Shown: positions 1-13,991 of the stretch, in pieces
Position numbering within the stretch: the first letter of the stretch is position 1
Layout: every line of letters starts with the position of its first letter
Source: Octopus bimaculoides
Taxonomy: Eukaryota
Direction: 5' to 3'
DNA: 64,000 nucleotides
Assembly: GCF_001194135.2 (NCBI RefSeq)
Contig: NC_068993.1
Span: 64,173,063-64,237,062, forward strand
Translations under genes and position numbers: made by a program
The notes under the pieces: generated by a model
Database searches by the model: none
What the model saw: the letters and a program-made list of their open reading frames with translations, nothing else
What the model was told of the DNA's origin: nothing

Positions 1-394
1 TATATATATATATATGTACATATGTGTGTGTCTGTGTGGGTTTGTGAGTGAGTGTTTTTGTGCTGGAATAAATAGACGTTGTGTCTTTCAAAGAGTTCCA
101 GAACAGTTTGCAAATTTCGATCCAATGAAATCTTTGAAGCCACTGTGGCCTATTTTGGGAAGAAATTCCGAAATTTTATTGTATGAAGTGAGTTATTGCT
201 CGGCTAAGATCTTTTGGTTTTTATACATTCGCGCTGGTCCTGAAAAATAGTTCTATTTTTACTGTATGAAATTTTCCTTGTAGAAAATAGACTTAAAAGG
301 AAAGTAAATTGAACGACACATCTGTACTGTTCCCAATATATTTTTCTGTGGTACTTTTCGAAGCTTTTAATATAAGTTCGTAACTTTTACCTAT

Positions 395-600
395 TATCTT
401 TTACTTACCTCGGTCATTAGACCGCGGCCATACTGGTGCACTGCTTTGAGGAATTTTAGTGAAACGAATCGATTGCAGCACTTTCTTTCAATGTGTTAGT
501 TATTCTGTGTCCCTTTTGCTGAAATTACGGGGTTGTAAAACAGCATCGGTTGTTAAATGGTAGCGCGGAAACACAAATCCAAAGACGTACATACGCACAC
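395..600 (-). mobile_element. Diverged 3' half of a SINE (family A)
   Basis: 'gaccgcggccatactggtgcactgc' and 'acagcatcggttgt' are the reverse complement of the tail seen at 12680-12808 and 58150-58211 (ggtgctccagcatggccgcagtc). Confidence 0.65.
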
Positions 601-610
601 ATGTCTACCT

Positions 611-616
<6 letters not shown>

Positions 617-674
<58 letters not shown>

Positions 675-697
675 ATATATATATATATATATATATT
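617..697. repeat. Compound (CT)n/(AT)n microsatellite
   Basis: Directly visible. Confidence 0.95.
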
Positions 698-1310
698 ATT
701 ACATCATTACACTGGGAATGAAGAAAGGAGAAATTCCTTTAAAAAAAGGTTTAGTCGTTTAACGGTACTTGTAGTAATAGCCCTTGATATAATTTATTTT
801 ATACATAAGGAAAAAAAATTACACATTTGTATTAATTTTCACCTTAATTGGTTTTGCACGCTGGCTACTTGATAAAATCTTATATAGATTTTTTCCTTAT
901 ATTATATTCAAAAATTAAACCGATAGAAGACTTGATAGAAGACTAATGAAGCATTGAAGCTACTTTCGTTAAGAATTCGAATCTCAATAGAAATTCGAAA
1001 ATGATTTTCGCCTCTAAAGAAAAAAAGTCTTCAAAATTTATTTATACAACAGTATACGTATGTAGGCAAATGGATGGCTGGTATTCATAACCATTGCTAT
1101 TATACACAGGCGTACAGGGGCAACCTTGAAAAAAAAAATGAGTGTGTGAAATCTTATAATGCCTAAAATCATGTCGGTTGTTCATGATTATCGCGATGGA
1201 TTAACTGTCTTTCATGACGTTTGTGTATTCCGTTCTGTACCCTTATTTGTGTATGCAATGTGTATGAGTGCATCAGCTTTTAATTGTAAGTATATCATAC
1301 ATACAATTTA

Positions 1311-1350
<40 letters not shown>

Positions 1351-1791
1351 TATGATAGGTAGATATTTGGATTGGATCGTTTGATTTATTATTACTTAAA
1401 TTATTTACTGCAATATTTACATCTCTGCTATTGACTGAGTATACCTAATATTCTGTATGCGATACCACCAGCGTAACGTGATTCTGTCTGCCACTTTTCC
1501 TTTTTTTTGCCTTGCATATTGTTTTCTCCGCTTCTTTTCTTTCATCACTTGACGTCGTTTTTATCCGTTAAAATCTCATTTATTCATTCTATCTTTAGTT
1601 ACTCGTAATATATGCAAATTTATTTCGAATGTTCGGAATAACTATCGCAATGACTTACATTACACCCACATCTAAAAGATTCTTTGGAGAGAAAAATCAG
1701 TTCTGGAAAATTCTATGTAAGCGCAGTGAAGCTGAATGTCTAAAAAGTTTGCTTCGCAGCCACGATATGCCGAGTTCAGTCCCACTTGTGA

Positions 1792-1950
1792 GGGCGGCGC
1801 GTTGGCAGAATCGTTAGCACGCTGGCAAAATACTTAGTGGCATTTTACCCGTCTTCACGTTCTGAGTTCAAATTTCACTGTGATCGACTTTGCCTTTGAT
1901 CCTTTTAGGGCCGATGAAATTGCTGGCCTTGTGCCAAAATTTGAAATCAA
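1792..1950 (+). mobile_element. SINE (family B, 'ggcagaatcgttagca' head), internally shortened
   Basis: Same motifs as 51513-51670 (ctggcagaatc.ttagca; B-box-like gagttcaa; gactttgc.tt) and as the reverse complement of 42579-42710 (aattgctggccttgtgccaaaat). Confidence 0.85.
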
Positions 1951-4900
1951 TATTTTCATATTGATGGGAGCCTAATGTTTAGAAAGTTCAGAACTTTTAA
2001 TTGAAGCTCTTCTACTTTCTTTCGTATTTAGAGTATTGGGCGGATGATTTGCCAGCCGCAACTGTGTCGCTAGGTTTTTGAGGTGATGAATTTGCTTGTG
2101 ACACATTAGCTAATCCCTTGTCTCGCTGAAAGCAACCAAGTCTAAATAAAGGGCTTTGATCAGCCAGAACTTGCCTGAAGTTTTCGGCACAGATCAAACA
2201 TCTGGATATTATATCAAAGCATTCTATCACCTAGCATTTTTCAATCGAAGGAATCTAAAAAAAAAAAGAGCAGGGTTGTGCATTCATAGGTTTCTCCTCT
2301 TAAATGGGTTGATGCTATCACGGTTAAGGGGTCCTAGTTTCCTCCTCTCCGAAGAGATGTTCTAATCGCTATTATGCATCGGTCAGTCATTTGCAAAGTG
2401 TTTTATAGAAACTTTATTCGTTATCTTCAGTCATATTTAGTCATATTTTGTCATTGGACCGGCAGCGAATGTGATTTGTTTACTTTTTGAAGTTTGATGC
2501 ATTTTACCTTGTGAATTTCTAGCGAGTAGCTGGGGAGAACCCAACCATGAGGCAATTTCTATGGTGGCTTGCGACTGGTGTATCACCCGAGTGATCAAAC
2601 ATAGATCCAAGTGAACGTGTGCGTGCCTAAATTGTATGCGTCTACTTATTTCCACCAATGTTCATACACCATACCAGAGCAGTGCCTACAAGTGTTTTAG
2701 TCTGTCATATTAACAAGTGCTTAGTTTTCAGTGTGCTATTATTTTTCTCTTTCTATTTGTCGCAACATAATTTTATGGAGAGAAAAAACGACACAGACGC
2801 ACTTATAGACACACGTTTGCAGACACACATGCACGCACAGGCACTTACACATTCACACATGCCCTTACCCACGCTAACACACTATGCTATTGTCGGCTAT
2901 AATAGTGAAAAGTTGAGAGAGAAATGTGGGGCTGATATAGAAAAACGGGGAAAATATCCTTCCTCCACCCAAACACCAGAAAATAAAAAAAAACAGAGAA
3001 GTTAACATAGAATGACATTACGTAACATGAGAGGTTGTCTTGCAAATGTAGCAGTTTGAAGTAATGGCTCTTCTGTGAATTGTGGTCTCTTACCACAGAA
3101 TCAGCAGGTTTTCATCCATTGGACTATACTGCATAAAGAAATATCAAATCATATATATGTGAGTGTATGTACGTATATATATTTGTATATATATGTAATA
3201 TATATTTATACGTATGTATACGTATGTGTGCTTGTGTATGTGTGTGTTGTGTATAAGTCTGTGAGTGTGTGTGTCTTTATGTACAGTCTCCTCCAGGAGT
3301 CTGTACATAAAGACTGTAATTAGCCTTATACATTAACGACTGAGATTAGAGAAATGAATGATACAAAATGTTATAAGCTGCTGCTACACGGGTAAGAGTT
3401 TCAACTCATTTCTCGTGCTGTTTATATATTTATGTCTCTTTTAGGAAATCTCGAACAGTCAGGTCAAAGCTGATTAATGTCATAATATTGTGATGGCTTA
3501 ACTTTGACTTCCAACGAGACATTTATTCCTATACAACTTGTTACACGAGACTGTTCTGTCTGCACTCCGCATTATATTTGACTTATTTCAGTGCTTCCTT
3601 CATAATCTGTCCCCTTGGGACCCGATAAAAGGCGCCATTATATATTTACTTGTTACTTAAATATTATTTGGTATTTTGTATATAACAGAAATAATAATAC
3701 AACACCACCGACTGTGTATCTCAGAATGGCTTCTGAGGTAATTTAAGGAATCATTCTTCAAATCGACAGTACGAGTGGTTCGAATCTAGCGCGGAACTAT
3801 TTATCCAAATTCCATTTTACTGTATGGAACACAGTTGTTGCTACACGTTGTTCTAAAAGCAGATCACACTCACGTGACTTGTGTGTGTTGTCAAAATCTT
3901 CCACAAGAATATGAATTGGCATGGCATTACATGGCACTAACAACTCAAGCAATATATTATAAAATATGGCAAAAGATCTATTTGTTAATTTTATGAACTT
4001 TTCTATTCCAGTATTTTCACAACAAGAAATAAAAAGACGAAAAGAAAAAAGATATCTGTAGTCGCATCAAACCGAAATAAATTATGTTCCCATGCGATGC
4101 TGATTGGTTGTCGTTTTTGTGTAATACTTGCCGTAACGAAGCGGACACTTACGAACCTTTCACTTGAAGCAAAAAAAGGAAATGAGAACCGAGTCAAGAT
4201 TAATTGTGGGCCTTTCAATTAAGGAGTTCTCATGCCACCCGATGCCGGATGCACTTACGGATATTAGCATTGCTTTTGTTGAAGACGAGAAGAGAACATA
4301 ATGATGCGAAGTATTTGCGACGAATGTGAGAGGCATTGCGGAAACTAGGCCTCAGGTCCAGTTGGGGATATCTAGAGTGTTTCGCAGCGAAGGATTCACT
4401 CTGTGTCATCACACAGCGTGTAGGCTTGAGGCAGACATTGTTGTAAGACAATTGAGAAACGAGAGTTTCCAACTTTTGCTCTGTTTGCGTTCGCGCGCGG
4501 GTGTGCATGTGTTTTAGTTGAAAGCAAAGCAAACAGCAAATACGCTGTCTTTATCTGACATAGACATCTCATATTTGCTTAGGACCGACTGTCAAAGCAT
4601 GGCATCTTTTACTTCTCCCCACTCATTACAAATGTATTTTTCAGTCTAGTGAACGCGGCCTACACGTAACATTTAGCTGAGTCAATAACATAAGTAGATA
4701 ATGCTCGCTTCCGGATAAAGTTTAACTCTACTTACAAATATCCAACTAGCGCAGTAAAGCATACGGGACAGTTACACGACACAAGGGACTTCGAAGAAGC
4801 GTCTGTTTGTGTTGTATGACTAGAAGATGAGTGTGTTAGTGTATTATACATTTAAACTAAGATTACTGAAAAGCTCTTCTGCAAGCATTAGGGGTTAATG

Positions 4901-5814
4901 CTCTTTGTTTTTCTATCACATGACATTTAAAAAGCAACAACAAACATTACCTTGCAAACATTCATGAAGGGGGCAAATTAGAATTGCTCTTAACGCGTCG
5001 AATAAAGCAGTTTGTATTACTCTCTTCAGCACACAGAGTTCTGAGGACGATCTACTTTGACATTCAACCTTTCAGGCTAGCTATGGTACCAACCCAGTAT
5101 CGAGAGCAATTCTTCTCCACACCTCACCCCCTCTCTCTCTCACACCCTTTTTGTCTGTTTCTCGCTCTCTCGTTCTTTCTCTCACTCTCTCTCTTTCTCG
5201 CTTTCTCTTTCTAAAACAGATCACCTGTGATAAGTTAAGCAAAAAGAGTTGATCCGCCAGATTTAGATGCCAAATGTACGCCGCATGTCACGACAACTTT
5301 CCGATTCCGTCAGAACGTGAAATCTTCAGGAAAGACGTCATTAGCTGTATCTTTCTAGGAATTACAACCAGGAAAACAATATTGCCTTTCTTAATCAAAT
5401 TTTTGATAAAATATTAGAAATGCATTTTGCTTTGCTGAATTTTTTATCAATGATTTTTAAAGAATATTTCCATATTTTTACTTCCAAACTGGTTTCCTTA
5501 ATCCTAACATTTTTGGATTTCCAAAAATATATAATTAGTAAATCAAATAATTCTAATAGTTAATTTTGTGAATTTTCTATCCTAGAACTTTTAAAACAAG
5601 AATTAGAAAGAAGAAAAGAAACAAGATATCCGTAGCCATATTTTATCGAACCGAAATAAAATGATGTTTCCACGCGATATTTTGATGTATGTCATTTCCA
5701 TTTCTTTTCAATTTAAGAAATTGAAATTTTATCTCTTCTTCCGACTTGCAATTGCCGATTGCAGTTCAGTTCCTTAAATATAATTGTGTCAGTCACTATG
5801 AACGCGAAACAAAT

Positions 5815-5843
5815 CATATATATATATATATATACACACACAA

Positions 5844-5875
<32 letters not shown>

Positions 5876-5945
5876 ACACACACACACACACACATATATA
5901 CATATATATATANNNNNNNNNNCATATATATATATATATATATGT
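5815..5945. repeat. (AT)n/(AC)n microsatellite with a 10-N gap (5913-5922)
   Basis: Directly visible. Confidence 0.95.
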
Positions 5946-8261
5946 GCGTCTCTGTGTGTTGTGTGTATTGAGGAGGAGTAAAACAATTCCTATTTACTTC
6001 TCGTTAGTTGGTTTGCCTCCAAGAGATCGGAGACCTTTATTCAGTGACGTAGCGCAGAGTTTAATAGCACCAACCATAGACACTGTTGGAAGAGTGCGTT
6101 GAATGGGTGCTGCTTATAGGTAGTTCTTCAATATTGGTCGAGGTACGTGAAAAACTAAACGATATGACAAATTCAGTCTCGTACACTGTGGAAAACTAAT
6201 CTCTTTTTCCTTTTCACTCAGCCTTTCTATTTGAAATATAATCCCAGTTTTAAATAGATATACATACTCTTAGATGAGATTCAGCCCTCTATCCTTTGCG
6301 AATTCACTACACACAAATTTCAACAAACCAGAATTTTTCAAATGTAATGGAAATGTGTTTCCGTCTCTGTATACTCACACCATTCTACATCCAGCAATCA
6401 AATAAGTTACTTTGTGTCAATGCTTTGATCTGTATTGTCTTAATCTTAGTTTAGCTGTATGGTGCTCTGGCGGTGAGAGCTGGTGTGCTTAGAAATTTCT
6501 TGCAATTATCAATTCCAAATATCTATTCATTGATCCCAGAGAATGGTGATTTTCATGAGCCATTAGCTGTTTTATTACCTTCCTTTAGATACCCACTGCA
6601 CATTCACGGGCAATTAAGGGAGTTTGCTCGTGGTTATTTGGTTGACTCAAATAAGCTAGCACATATCGCTCAAATTACATTGTTATCTACACAAAGGGAA
6701 AATACATTGGGATAATGTAGTTGTTGATACAGTATAACTAAAAATGAAAGTATAGTCATAGATTTATGTTCTCTCAGAAAATACATGTGTATAAACCCCA
6801 CCTACTCATTCATTCCCTTTTATCATCTACAAACTGAAGGGTTACTTCCAGTTAAAAATAAATAAAACGTATTTGAGTATTTTAAATTAATAATCAATGT
6901 AGATACAAAATATAAAAGAATATCAAAAGCGAATAACTTTTAAGCCCCGTTGAGTAGCGATTGAACACTTTTGAGTAAACATTAAGAAACATTGATTAAC
7001 TTAATTGCTTAATGATCAAGTTTGAATTTTAGTCCCGTTCGTATTGGTAAGCTACTTAAATTGTTTCTTCAACCCAAAATGCGTAACTTTGTCTCAATAT
7101 ACGAAATCAAAAGTATGGACAATAAAGTATCCTTTTATGCCATTGGCGTTTATAATATAAGGGAGCGAGTAAGAAGAAAAAGATGAGCAATGAGACAATA
7201 AAAATGACAAAGGATGACAAAGATAACAATGGAAGAAAAATATATGTGCCTATGAATATATATGTACACACATACACACACAGACGCAGACAGACAGACA
7301 GACACACCTACACCCACACATATATGCATACACATGGAAGCACACACATACACACACACATATGAATGTGTCCAACAACATCATGTTGAATGGCGTTTAC
7401 ATCTGTCAGTGTAGTGTAAATATAAATATTTTGAATATACATTCGAAAGATGGGTTTAACCATCCGTAGATTTCTAATCTGACAATATTAATACAATACA
7501 TCAATGTTATTAGTGTCAGGTTCGGTAATGGGATAGGTAGCTGCCTTGTTTCTTCTCATTGACAATTCCATATATACTAGGTCATTGCAATTTATCCAGA
7601 GTCGAAGGAAAATCGTATATTATCCGGATTATTTTAACGCTTGTTTAAATCGCGAAGTATTGAGTTAATAGTTGCACCGATTTGGTTCCATTCTACGTTT
7701 GAGGAATTCATTAAGTTTCAAACCAAAATAAATGAAGTGGAAACAAGCGAATCAATATTCCGTTCCAGTGGTTTGAGTTTAAGCTCTTGATTGGCATCGT
7801 ACCAAAAATCAGTCAAAACAGAATATAGTAGGGAACTTTAAACTTGTTGATGGTTAACACATATATACAAACATACAGACGCAAAATTAAATCTTTTACG
7901 TGTATAGGTGCTTTTTATGCACATATGCATTACACATATATATGATAATCACATACAAACGAATGTCCAAGTGAGAGTATACTCATCTCTGTGTAAAAAC
8001 CTGCATGCAAGATTAATTCCGGTTTCCTTCTTGTAAACTTCCCGATATCTGACAACTGATCAATTTGTTCTTTGCACTTCTTGTTTCTATTTCTATTTGA
8101 CAGATTAAAATACACATCAATTATTAACTCGCACAGCAACCATTTTAAGTTTCTGCCACTGATAATACTTTTGTCTCCGTCTCCATTATAAGACAGAAAC
8201 TGTTTGTAATTTTATTCCTTGTTTGTTGTATTTGGTTGTTAATACATTATCTTAATTATCT

Positions 8262-8480
8262 TTTATTTTTCACCTGTTTCAGTCATTAGATTACGGCCAT
8301 GTTGGAGCACCGGCTCGAGGCCTTTAACCGAACAAATTGCTGCCCCTCACGTATTTATTTTTTTAAGGCCTGGTACTCATTTTATCGGTGCTTTCGCTGA
8401 GCCGCTAAGTTACGGAGTCGTAAACAAACCGATATCGTTTGTCAAGCAGTGGTGGAGGAGAAACACAACCAAACACACAC
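8262..8480 (-). mobile_element. 3' half of a family A SINE
   Basis: tttcagtcattag..cggccatgttggagcacc ... gccgctaagttacgg ... tgtcaagcagtggtgg is the reverse complement of the 12600-12808 copy. Confidence 0.8.
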
Positions 8481-9592
8481 ATACATACTCACACACTCAC
8501 GCATACGCATACACACAGACACACGCACACATATATACATATATCGGTACATGTATATGATATATCCTCACACATATTATGCTACCATAAATGTACATAC
8601 GCGGGCACGCAAGTTTGTGGGAATAACATATATTTGATTTTAAAAATGTACAATTATGCTGCGATATAACGTAAAACAAAATGAAGCATTACTTTGCTGA
8701 ATGTTGAAAAGTGTTTCAATCTTACCTAATCTTTCGTCATTTATATTTATATAATAAACTGTACAAAGAGACAGAGAAGTGTATGGGATCTAATTGATTG
8801 TATGTATATTCGTTTATATTTTGAAGCATACATATATACGTTGTTTCCGCTTCTTTCCTCTGGTGTCCATTCCATGGATTAATTATAATTTCGTTCTTGT
8901 TAATCTATTAACGAAAATATTTTCTAATGTCTAATGTCATATCTGTAAGAATATTTATTATTTCTCTTTGTACACAATGGTAAAATACTTATTCGATTCT
9001 TTCAGATATTTGGCAATTAAGGCATGTTATAGAAATGGAAATAATGAAATCACTGCAGAATTTTAAAATGCTTTAATTATATCATTTATAATCATTGAAT
9101 TCCACTTCCTTAGCTTTATAAAACTTTAACATATAACTCTTTATATTCTCCTTCTTGGCATAATGAAATAAACTACATTAATTTCTTTCTAGCTGTATAG
9201 TTGTTACAGATTTAATTATTAAAATCTATTTTTCTTTATTCCGTCTTTCGACTACAATTCCGGTAATTTTAAGTTTAATTCTCTTTGCTGTTTTAACTGC
9301 AATATACTTGCTGCATACAGAAATACTGATACGAGCCACCCACAGAGCTAAGCTTTTCTCTCATTTCCATGCCAGCTCTTGATACTCTGTAAGATTAAGT
9401 GATAAAATGTTATTGTTTTACCTACACAATGAAACAAAGTATGAGAATAGAGTATCAAGAATGGAGTACCAAGAGTGGAATATCTCTTGTCACAATATCC
9501 CTCCTTAGAATACTTACATTCCGTTGCTTAGCTTTCTGTGTAACTCGTCCTTTCTGATTAATGCGTACATTATCTTCTCTTTAATTGAGACA

Positions 9593-9977
9593 GTGGAGGT
9601 GCAATGGCCCAGTGGTTAGGGCAGCAGACTCGCGGTCGTAGGATCGCGGTTTCGATTCCAAGACCGGGCATTGTGAGTGTTTATTGAGCGAAAACACCTA
9701 AAGTTCCACAAGGCTCCGGCAAGGGATGGTGGCGAACCCTGCTGTACTCTTTCACCACAAATTTCTCTCACTCTTTCTTCCTATTTCTGTTGTACCTGTA
9801 TTTCAAAGGGTCAGCTTTGTCATACTCTGTGTCACGCTGAATTCCCCCGAGAACTACGTTAAGGGTACGTGTGTCTGTGGAGTGCTCAGCCACTTGCACG
9901 TTAATTTTACGAACAGGCTGTTCCGTTGATCGGATCAACTGGAACCCTCGTCTTCGTATCCGACGGAGTGCCAACCG
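9593..9977 (+). mobile_element. Full-length tRNA-derived SINE (family C) with a 9-bp target-site duplication
   Basis: Pol III A box TGGCCCAGTGG (9605-9615) and B box GGTTTCGATTCC (9648-9659); flanking direct repeat ATTGAGACA at 9584-9592 and 9978-9986. Confidence 0.85.
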
Positions 9978-10037
9978 ATTGAGACATAATTTGCGCTTGG
10001 AAGCAGCCATGGATGCGCATTTCACAAACGCACTGTT

Positions 10038-10075
10038 TTGGGTTCAGTCCCACTGTACAGCACCTTAGGCAAGAG
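10038..10075 (+). mobile_element. Short family A SINE head/core fragment
   Basis: gggttcagtcccactgtacagcaccttaggcaag matches the motif at 47020-47060 and the reverse complement of 19240-19285. Confidence 0.55.
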
Positions 10076-10081
10076 GATTCT

Positions 10082-10154
10082 GCTGTATCAATGATCCAGT
10101 TATATACGCTGTGTGAATGATCCAGTTATATACGCTGTATCAATGATCCAGTTA
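10082..10154. repeat. 26-bp tandem repeat, about 2.8 copies
   Basis: GCTGT(AT/GT)(C/G)AATGATCCAGTTATATAC starting at 10082, 10108 and 10134. Confidence 0.9.
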
Positions 10155-10176
10155 ATCGGAAACTCTGAAAAGCCTT

Positions 10177-10392
10177 TGTGTGTGTGTGTGTTCGTTTGTT
10201 TGTGTGTGTATGTGTGTGTGAGACAGAGAGAGTGTGTGTGTCTGTGTGTCGCTCGGCAAGTAAATATATTCTTCTTCTTCTTCTTCTTCTTCTTCTTCTT
10301 CTTCTTCTTCTTCTTCTTCTTCTTCTTCTCATCATCATCATCCTCCTCCTCCTCCTCATCATCATCATCGTCGTCGTCGTCGTCATCATCTC
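10177..10392. repeat. Compound (GT)n, (CTT)n and (CAT/CCT/CGT)n microsatellite
   Basis: Directly visible; it explains the poly-L/F/S/R ORFs at 10113-10747. Confidence 0.95.
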
Positions 10393-12491
10393 TGCTATAT
10401 TAACTTTAGTATTCACGATAAGGATGCTGGTCGTTTATGACGTCAATGATAATAGCGATGACTCCTCAGGTAATGACGGAAACATTGGAAATCAATGCTT
10501 AATTATAAATGCAATAATTGATGCTAATGAAACTAAACATGTTTATCTGTTTCTATTCGGAAGATGGAAGACAGGAGCAAAAAAGTATATATATTACATA
10601 AATATACCAGAACATCATCTACAACATCAACAGCGACGTGAAGAAAGAAAAGAAACAATGTCTTTATACAGTTCTTTGGAGGCGGATGTTATTCAAATGA
10701 AATCAAATAATAACATCATGTGTATGTTTGTGTGTGTGTGTGTGTAAGTGGCGTGTGTATATGTGTATAAATGTGCGTATGCATCTATATGCATATAACT
10801 GGTGGGGGGGGGGTTAATTCACAATGATCAGATCTGAATGCACTCATATAGTTATTCACATTTACTTTTTCACAAAAAATAAATTCGTATTAACTAAATA
10901 TTTCAAGCAATATAAATAGGCGAGAAAAACGACTAAACTTGAGCTCATTATTTATTGAGCGTTTCCATCCCCTTCAGCGATTCATCATGAACAGGGGTTT
11001 CTTATAAATTTATCCCTTTTAAATATATGTTAGATAGTTGAAAAATTTGAAGACTTCAATTTGCTTTCTTATTTTCGAAAAAGAATGTTTTGGGAATGGT
11101 TATTTAACATGTTGTTTGCAATGTTTAAACAAAGCGTATATCATAATTTCTGGCGGTTTCGTTAGATAAGAAAAATAGATAAATAATAAAACTATAAGTA
11201 AAGACAGGATGAACGAAGGAAGTGTTTACTGGGATAGTTGATGTGTGACAGGCCAAAGAATGTCAAACTTTTTATCAATTGTAATAAATCGTTGTTGCTT
11301 TTAGCCATGGATCTTATATCGGGTAAAATATAGAATCCCTTAGCTTGTTTGGGAAAGCTTTTCAAAGTGTGTGAGTAAATTTATTATGAGAAATAAAAAC
11401 ATCGTTAATAATATCCAGTGATTATTTGCTTTGGTTCGTCTTGAAAAAAATTTTGATTAAAAAATTCTTCATGTTTTTATAAACGTGCTTTTTACATAGT
11501 TTTTGTTGAAAACGTCTTTATAAAATACATTTGCATTTTGCTCGACGCTCTAATGATTGTTTGAGCTAGCAGGCCGTCTTGCAGTTAATTTGAATTAGAT
11601 AACAATGCACATCGTGCATCTTGCTTGTATTAGCAATAAACTCTCCACTCTAAGAAGCAATTGTCTCTTTGCTAATCTCTGGCATGTCAATGACATACAT
11701 ATTAAAATATCGCCGTCACACAAAGTTTACCTTCAGCACACAGAAATGACACACAATACGATGGCTTTTTATCACAAACCCAATCTTAGTAACCATCTAC
11801 ATTACTATATTCAACACAATGCTGGCTAGTCACATCAGGAATATGAAAGCACAACGGCATCTAAATTTGTTAAACTTTACGTACTATCAAATTTCTTCTG
11901 TTATTTATATATTCTTGAATAAATGTTTTTACACATACATTATGCATAAAACATTGAACATGCATGTGCATATTGAAATATAGATATGAATCACCAATAT
12001 AATTTTCAGCCACTAAATTAAGATAATGCACTTTCCCACATAACACCTCCTACTCATTAAAAAAATACTCATAAGTTTTCATCCGTTCATTTCCATAACA
12101 GCACATTGACGAATTTTTAATGGCGTCAGTTTTACCATCCACTTATCTCGTTCACTTAAAAATATCTTTTGTCAAATTATCGTTCCCATTATAGCATATC
12201 CACAAATTTCAATATATAGCAACACATATACAGTATCAGCCGAATAATTACACATTGGCCAAGTACACACATAATGCATATAACATATACGACAATAACG
12301 ACAGATAACAAATGTTTACAATTAAATTTTAATGTTCCACTAAATAACTAATAATCGAAAAATTTTCTCCAATGTTACTGACGAGGCGAGAAATAGAACT
12401 TCGAGTTGTGTTACTGCAAAGTGGCACACATATATAGTAGATAAACATATATACACATTCGCACACATGCACATATATATTTTTTTATATA

Positions 12492-12522
<31 letters not shown>

Positions 12523-12573
12523 GCTTATATATATATATGTGTGTGTGTATGCATATATATTTATATATACGCG

Positions 12574-12599
<26 letters not shown>

Positions 12600-12604
<5 letters not shown>

Positions 12605-12808
12605 ATGTTTGCGTGTCTTTGTTTGTCCCCTCAACATCGCTTGACAACCGATGCTGGTGTATTTATGTCTCCGTAACTTAGCGGTTCGGCAAAAAAGGAC
12701 AATAGAATAAAGTTCTAGGCTTACAAAGAATAAGTCCTGGGATTTCCTCGTCTAAAGGCGGTGCTCCAGCATGACCATAGTCAAATGACTAAAACAAGTA
12801 AAAGAGAA
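12600..12808 (+). mobile_element. 3' half of a family A SINE following a (GT)n tract
   Basis: gcttgacaaccgatgctggtg ... cgtaacttagcggttcggcaaaa ... aaggcggtgctccagcatgaccatagtcaaatgactaaaacaagtaaaagagaata, with an A-rich tail. Confidence 0.85.
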
Positions 12809-12821
12809 TATATATATATAT

Positions 12822-13067
12822 NNNNNNNNNNNNNNNNNNNNNNNNNNNNNNNNNNNNNNNNNNNNNNNNNNNNNNNNNNNNNNNNNNNNNNNNNNNNNNN
12901 NNNNNNNNNNNNNNNNNNNNNNNNNNNNNNNNNNNNNNNNNNNNNNNNNNNNNNNNNNNNNNNNNNNNNNNNNNNNNNNNNNNNNNNNNNNNNNNNNNNN
13001 NNNNNNNNNNNNNNNNNNNNNNNNNNNNNNNNNNNNNNNNNNNNNNNNNNNNNNNNNNNNNNNNNNN
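12822..13067. other. Assembly gap, one of 14 N-runs (5913-5922, 12822-13067, 13315-13455, 13992-14153, 15835-15844, 18488-18785, 19419-20236, 21490-21640, 27462-27565, 28507-28686, 50132-50141, 53397-53750, 56801-56810, 62534-62580)
   Basis: Every N-run abuts a microsatellite on at least one side, as expected from short-read scaffolding. Confidence 0.97.
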
Positions 13068-13107
<40 letters not shown>

Positions 13108-13958
13108 TAGATATATAGGTATGTGTGTATGCATGTATATTGCTTCTGTGGGTAGGGTTGAAGAGTTGGAATAAGATTAAGGTTGAAGATGCAAGCATAA
13201 TATCGGTTGTAGGGACCAAAATTCTATATGGTGAGGAAAGGATATGTGCAAATACATATACAAAACACGCCTTCATGCACAATCAAAGAAACAGTGAAAT
13301 ACACACACACACGCNNNNNNNNNNNNNNNNNNNNNNNNNNNNNNNNNNNNNNNNNNNNNNNNNNNNNNNNNNNNNNNNNNNNNNNNNNNNNNNNNNNNNN
13401 NNNNNNNNNNNNNNNNNNNNNNNNNNNNNNNNNNNNNNNNNNNNNNNNNNNNNNNTATATATATAGGTGTGTGTATGTGTGTCTGTGTCTGTATGTGTGT
13501 GTATGCATGTATTTGCGAAGCAGCAAACAGCAAAAATTGTGTTAAGCTTCTCTATTAATCAATTCAATGGGGGGAAGTGAACAGCAATTGACGGCATTTT
13601 TATCAGATTTCACGAAAATTATGCATTCAAATAGTATTTCAATTGCGCTGCTACCTTATAATTACGAAACACTTTTCTGCAGACTCCTATGTATATATTA
13701 TATATCATTAAATAATCATCAATGAATGTATTGCGTTATTACTTTTAAATATGTTTATGATATCGATCTTGATGATTTTGTTTTGTTTTTGCTGTTCAAT
13801 GAATTTCAAAGTTTTTCTGTTTTGTGTGTAAGTGTGTGTATATATACATGCGTGTATCACTCTCGCTCTCTCCCTTTCCGTCAATCTCTCTCACTCTCTC
13901 TCTCTCTCTCTCTTTCTTTATCTATTTATCTATCTTCCATTCTATATATGTATATATA

Positions 13959-13991
<33 letters not shown>

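Noticed and set aside
6473-6715. 80-aa ORF with protein-like composition
   Set aside because: No recognisable domain, GTG start and no convincing splice context; compatible with a chance ORF.
9595-9670. tRNA gene
   Set aside because: It has A/B boxes but no complete cloverleaf, and it continues into a SINE body flanked by a TSD.
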